Positions 62,725-64,000 of a DNA stretch of 64,000 bases are shown piece by piece. The position numbers and the translations under genes are program-made. Every line of letters starts with the position of its first letter. The first letter of the stretch is position 1. The stretch comes from Candidatus Blautia faecavium (lineage in GTDB: Bacteria > Bacillota > Clostridia > Lachnospirales > Lachnospiraceae). A model generated the notes under the pieces. The model was not told the origin of the DNA. It worked only from the letters and a program-made list of their open reading frames with translations, and searched no databases. Location of the stretch: NCBI GenBank assembly GCA_019118425.1, contig DWYZ01000158.1, positions 2,623 to 66,622 on the forward strand, in the 5' to 3' direction.

Positions 62725-64000
62725 TTTTTTTCTTCCTTTCACGCCTTCATGAACCTTTTTCAGGGAACAGTCTCCACGGATCAGGCTCAGGTTCGGATTG
62801 TAATAAGGGTCGCCTTTTTCCAGAAGCTCCCTGTAACGTTCCTTAAATCTCTCTATTTCTCCCTCAAACCTCGCCAGCTTTTCCGGAGTAGTCTCCAGTC
62901 CTCTGGACTTGGATTCATAGTGATACAACTGGGCATCCGGGTCAAAGACCACAAGCTTTCCCAGGGCTCTCGCCCGCAGGCAAAAGTCCACATCATTCAA
63001 AGCCACAGCAAAATCCTCATCCAGACCGTTAAGGGCTTCAAACACTTCCCTCTTTACCATAAGACAAGCACCGGTCACTGCACTGATATCCTGCGCCGCC
63101 TTTAATCTTCCCATATAGCCGGTATAATTCTTCCCGTAGCCGGTAAGAATATGGCCCGCAAAACCGCCCATGCCAATGACCACGCCCGCGTGCTGTACTG
63201 TGTCGTCAGGATAGTAAAGCTTTGCGCCTACGATCCCTACGTCCTCTCTCTGGCAGTATCCCAGCATACGCTCCAGCCAGTCCGGGGTGATCACCTCCGT
63301 GTCGTTGTTCAAAAGAAGGAAATACTCTCCCCCCGCCTGGCCGGCGCCGAAATTATTAATAGCAGAATAATTAAATCCCCCCTCATAGGTAACGATCTTA
63401 ACCTGTGGGTAACGCTGGGGCAGTTTTTTATAATAATCAAAGGTCTCCTGTTTTTCACTATTGTTTTCTATTACCAAGATTTCCAGATTTTTCCAGGTGG
63501 TTTTCTCTATGATAGAACGGATACAGGTGTTCAGATCCTCTGTATGGTCCTTGTTTGGTATAAGGATAGATACCTTAGGATTTCCCTGAACAAGGAACTT
63601 GGTGCGGTACACGATGAAAAGTCCGGTAAATTCCACCTCCGCCTGGAGTCCCAGACGGGTGTAATGTTCCATCAGGGCTTTTTTCCCCGCATCAATGGCG
63701 TACTGCTTGCTCTCCTGGTTTCCGGCTGTAGATTCTTCATGGCTGCGCCAGTGGTACAAAACTTTAGGAATATGACAGATCTTATCCGTCTGTTCCACGC
63801 AGCGCAGGATAAAATCATAGTCCTGAGCTCCGTCAAACTTGGATCTTAACTCTCCCACCCGCTCCAAAAGCGTACGCTTTACTACCGTCAAATGGCAGAT
63901 ATAATTAATACAGCGCAGAAGATCCAGATTAAAGTCCGGTTTAAAATGAGGATACACACAGTTTCCATCCTCATCAATCAGATCCTCATCCGTGTAGATA
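62713..64000 (-). CDS. Double-domain family 2 glycosyltransferase (paralog 3), 5' end outside the window
   Basis: The reading frame stays open to position 64000 (IYTDEDLIDEDGNCVYPHFKPDFNLDLL). It aligns with internal regions of the other two paralogs, so the track's GTG start at 63957 is not the real start. Confidence 0.8.
   Translation of the reverse strand, partial: IYTDEDLIDEDGNCVYPHFKPDFNLDLLRCINYICHLTVVKRTLLERVGELRSKFDGAQDYDFILRCVEQTDKICHIPKVLYHWRSHEESTAGNQESKQYAIDAGKKALMEHYTRLGLQAEVEFTGLFIVYRTKFLVQGNPKVSILIPNKDHTEDLNTCIRSIIEKTTWKNLEILVIENNSEKQETFDYYKKLPQRYPQVKIVTYEGGFNYSAINNFGAGQAGGEYFLLLNNDTEVITPDWLERMLGYCQREDVGIVGAKLYYPDDTVQHAGVVIGMGGFAGHILTGYGKNYTGYMGRLKAAQDISAVTGACLMVKREVFEALNGLDEDFAVALNDVDFCLRARALGKLVVFDPDAQLYHYESKSRGLETTPEKLARFEGEIERFKERYRELLEKGDPYYNPNLSLIRGDCSLKKVHEGVKGRKKVWK

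Overview
All calls come from manual reading of the sequence and ORF track; no database or folding software was run.

The window is a 64-kb chromosomal segment. By inference it comes from a Firmicute of the class Clostridia, possibly Lachnospiraceae-like. This rests on the gene order tig-clpP-clpX-lon-engB followed by ecfA1-ecfA2-ecfT, AGGAGG-type ribosome-binding sites (RBS) and the gene families present.

I support about 55 protein genes, 2 decayed gene fragments and 2 stand-alone tRNAs: Gly-CCC and Leu-CAG, each with a near-consensus sigma-A promoter. I saw no rRNA, CRISPR array, IS element, integrase or prophage, and no recognisable complete anti-phage defence system.

Gene blocks:
- 1-9.1 kb: ECF transporter energizing module plus the proteostasis operon (engB, lon, clpX, clpP, tig).
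- 9.3-23 kb: mixed housekeeping and accessory genes. These are a DJ-1 family protein, a CYTH protein, proC, ferritin, a DUF2200 protein, a cytoplasmic beta-helix protein, a MATE pump with its TetR regulator, a MarR regulator with a cyclase-family gene, an orphan NMT1-like binding protein, a DUF89 protein, an orphan MsmK-like ATPase and a PucR regulator.
- 23.2-27.3 kb: molybdate module (modCBA divergent from mop and an HTH-PBP regulator).
- 27.3-35 kb: accessory stretch. It holds a Nudix hydrolase, an ion-transporter-superfamily permease divergent from a TrmFO/GidA-like flavoprotein, gene debris, an overlapping macrodomain/class-M-sirtuin pair, an HxlR regulator and a LysO-like exporter.
- 35-43 kb: an odd Asp/Ser/Tyr-rich lipoprotein, glpK, uppP and carAB.
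- 43.5-49 kb: an LRR/Fn3 surface protein, a zinc-ribbon protein, a second divergent clpX and htrA.
- 49-64 kb: a cell-wall polysaccharide locus. It holds an LCP protein, a priming phosphotransferase, six GT2 genes including three paralogous double-GT2 proteins, a GT-C-like protein and rmlD. It is interrupted by a PBP5-like protein that lacks the catalytic serine.

Most noteworthy findings:
1. A macrodomain/SirTM ADP-ribosylation writer-eraser pair. The two genes overlap by 56 nt, the canonical GcvH-L/LplA2 partners are absent from the window, and the pair sits next to decayed AbiEi-like and DUF4143 ATPase fragments.
2. A modular family of hairpin-forming intergenic repeats, with at least 11 copies of 4 modules. 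Copies often abut ribosome-binding sites and generate false N-terminal ORF extensions.
3. A second ClpX that lacks the RKH loop.
4. A PBP5-type carboxypeptidase homolog with SxxK changed to AxxK and KTG changed to KEG.
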